Source: Mobula hypostoma (lineage: Eukaryota). Taken from it: DNA of 64,000 bases. Under the pieces are notes generated by a model. It saw only the letters and a list, made by a program, of their open reading frames with translations. It was not told where the DNA came from and ran no database searches. Position numbers and translations under genes: made by a program. Shown here piece by piece: positions 62,960 to 64,000 of this stretch; the stretch's first letter is position 1, and every line of letters starts with the position of its first letter. The stretch spans positions 6,758,001 through 6,822,000 of the forward strand of contig NC_086097.1 of NCBI RefSeq assembly GCF_963921235.1. The letters are read 5' to 3'.

Positions 62960-64000
62960 TAAGACCATAAGACAAAGGAGCAGAAGTCAACCATTCGGCC
63001 CATCGAGTCTACTCCGCAATTTAATCATGTGCTGATCCATTCTCATATTTAGTCCCACTCCGCTGCCTTCTCACCATAACCTTTGGCTACTCAGATACCT
63101 ATCAATCTCTGCCTTAAATACATCCAATGACTTGGCCTCCACTGCTGCCCATGGCAACAAATTCCATAGATTCACCACCCTCTGACTAAAAAAATTCCTT
63201 CGCATTTCTGTGCTGAATGGGTGCCTTTCAATCCCTAACTCATGCCCTCTTGTACTAGACTCCCCCATCATGGGAAACAACTTTGCCACATCCACTCTGT
63301 CCATGCCTTTCAATATTCAAAATGTTTCTATGAGGTCTCCCCTCATTCTTCTAAACTCCAAAGAATACAGTCCAAGAGCGGACAAACGTACCTCATATGT
63401 TAACCCTCTCATTCCCGAAATCATTCTCATGAATCTTCTCTGTACCCTCTCCAACGTCAGCACATCCTTTCTTAAATAAGGAGACCAACACTGCCCACAG
63501 TTCTCCAAGTGAGGTCTCACCAGTGCCTTATAGAGCCTTAACATCACATCCTTGCTCCTATACTCTATTCTTCTAGAAATGAATGCCAACATTGCATTCG
63601 CCTTCTTCACCACCCACTCAACCTGGAGGTTAACCTTAAGGGTATCCTGTACGAGGACTCCCAAGTCCCGTTGCATCTCAGAACTTTGAATTCTTTCCCC
63701 ATTTAAATAATAGTCTGCCTGTTTCTTTCTTCTGCCAAAGTGCATAACCATACACTTTCCAACATTGTATTTCATTTGCCACTTCTTTGCCCATTCTTCC
63801 AATCTAGCCAAGTCTCTCTGCAGACTCTCCGTTTCCTCAGCACTACCGGCCCCTCCACCTATCTTCGTATCATCAGCAAACTTAGCCACAAAGCCATCTA
63901 TTCCATAATCCAAATCGTTGATGTACAATGTAAAAAGAAGCGGCCCCATCACTGATCCCTGTGAAACACCACTGGTAACCGGCAGCCAACCAGAATATTC
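62960..64000 (-). mobile_element. CR1 LINE running off the window end
   Basis: ORF 63317-63952 (GPLLFTLYINDLD..FADDTK...), with the reversed tail taagaccataagac at about 62960. Confidence 0.92.

Overview
Eukaryotic, AT-rich (visually about 40% GC), repeat-dominated DNA. I could not recognise any host protein-coding exon, rRNA, tRNA or CRISPR array, so the window is probably intronic or intergenic. The repeat set (abundant CR1 LINEs, V-domain tRNA-type SINEs, Rex1/Babar, Penelope-like elements) suggests a cartilaginous fish (inference). Best-supported elements: (1) a decayed Gypsy LTR retrotransposon with a CHCC gag motif (CsRn1-like; 6104-10268, TSD ATTA), nested in a composite Tc1-type MITE; (2) a Neptune-like Penelope element (RT + GIY-YIG) forming a large fold-back, with minimal hammerhead-ribozyme motifs in both arms (37372-39776); (3) a full-length CR1 with an esterase ORF1 (50012-55900, TSD ATTATT), interrupted by a young CR1 with an open RT frame; (4) Chapaev3 and hAT deletion derivatives with TSDs; (5) R4/Dong-like and HERO-like RLE retroelements, solo LTRs, and several non-autonomous LINE derivatives. 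I found no clearly new biological system. The most interesting signals are the hammerhead-bearing Penelope fold-back, the composite MITE architecture and several templated duplications. All family assignments come from motif recall, not from database searches.
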